Position numbers and translations under genes: made by a program | Shown: positions 36,875 through 36,919 of the stretch, piece after piece | Layout of the letters: each line of letters opens with the position of its first letter | Numbering within the stretch: position 1 is the first letter of the stretch | Notes under the pieces: model-generated | What the model was told of the DNA's origin: nothing | Seen by the model: only the letters and a program-made list of their open reading frames with translations | Databases searched by the model: none | Origin: an uncultured Bacteriovoracaceae bacterium | GTDB lineage: Bacteria > Bdellovibrionota > Bacteriovoracia > Bacteriovoracales > Bacteriovoracaceae | NCBI GenBank assembly: GCA_964012805.1 | Contig: CAXGUD010000035.1 | Coordinates: forward strand, 1-36,919 | DNA length: 36,919 bases | Direction: 5' to 3'

Positions 36875-36919
36875 ATGGCACATAAAAAAGCGGCCGGCTC
36901 AACGGCAAACGGTAGAGAC
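36875..36919 (+). CDS. rpmA: 50S ribosomal protein L27 (partial, 5' end only)
   Basis: ATG 36875 gives MAHKKAAGSTANGRD, the L27 N-terminal signature; SD GGGAG; follows rplU. Confidence 0.96.
   Translation, partial: MAHKKAAGSTANGRD

Noticed and set aside
1..36919. CRISPR arrays, tRNA/rRNA genes, IS elements, prophage or defence systems
   Set aside because: Intergenic gaps are at most about 220 bp with no spaced repeats or cloverleaf motifs, and no ORF shows transposase, integrase, phage or nuclease signatures that I could recognise.

Overview
An AT-rich, gene-dense stretch of bacterial core chromosome. Gene content and order suggest a Bdellovibrionota (Bacteriovoracia / Halobacteriovorax-like) organism; this is an inference, not a database result. 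From left to right it carries: a long secreted TPR protein gene missed by the ORF track (runs off the left edge), a heavily degenerate FleQ/NtrC-like regulator, a small membrane protein, metK, mpl, a serine hydrolase, ppdK, alpha2-type glycyl-tRNA synthetase, recO, a minimal RecQ-like helicase, rsmE, a NifU-domain protein, a VAT-1-like MDR oxidoreductase, a Nit1-like amidase, ugd, a flippase-like membrane protein, a hypothetical gene, lepA, an output-less TM-HAMP-PAS sensor, ktrA/ktrB, a PilF/PilW-like TPR lipoprotein, rodZ, lptF, pepA, trmL, a degenerate flavoprotein-like ORF, an MltD-like LysM transglycosylase, a secreted hypothetical, lgt, a hypothetical, rplU and the start of rpmA. I found no tRNA, rRNA, CRISPR array, integrase or transposase. 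The most notable signals are: (i) a sharply more AT-rich block (1 to ~3690) holding a catalytically dead sigma54-activator homolog with an intact HTH; (ii) a KtrB with an extra N-terminal membrane module, followed by KtrA and a kinase-less HAMP-PAS sensor; (iii) a stripped-down RecQ core with a hydrophobic tail, translationally coupled to recO; (iv) structured RNA elements around rplU-rpmA. I cannot demonstrate a clear-cut new system from sequence alone; these are candidates.
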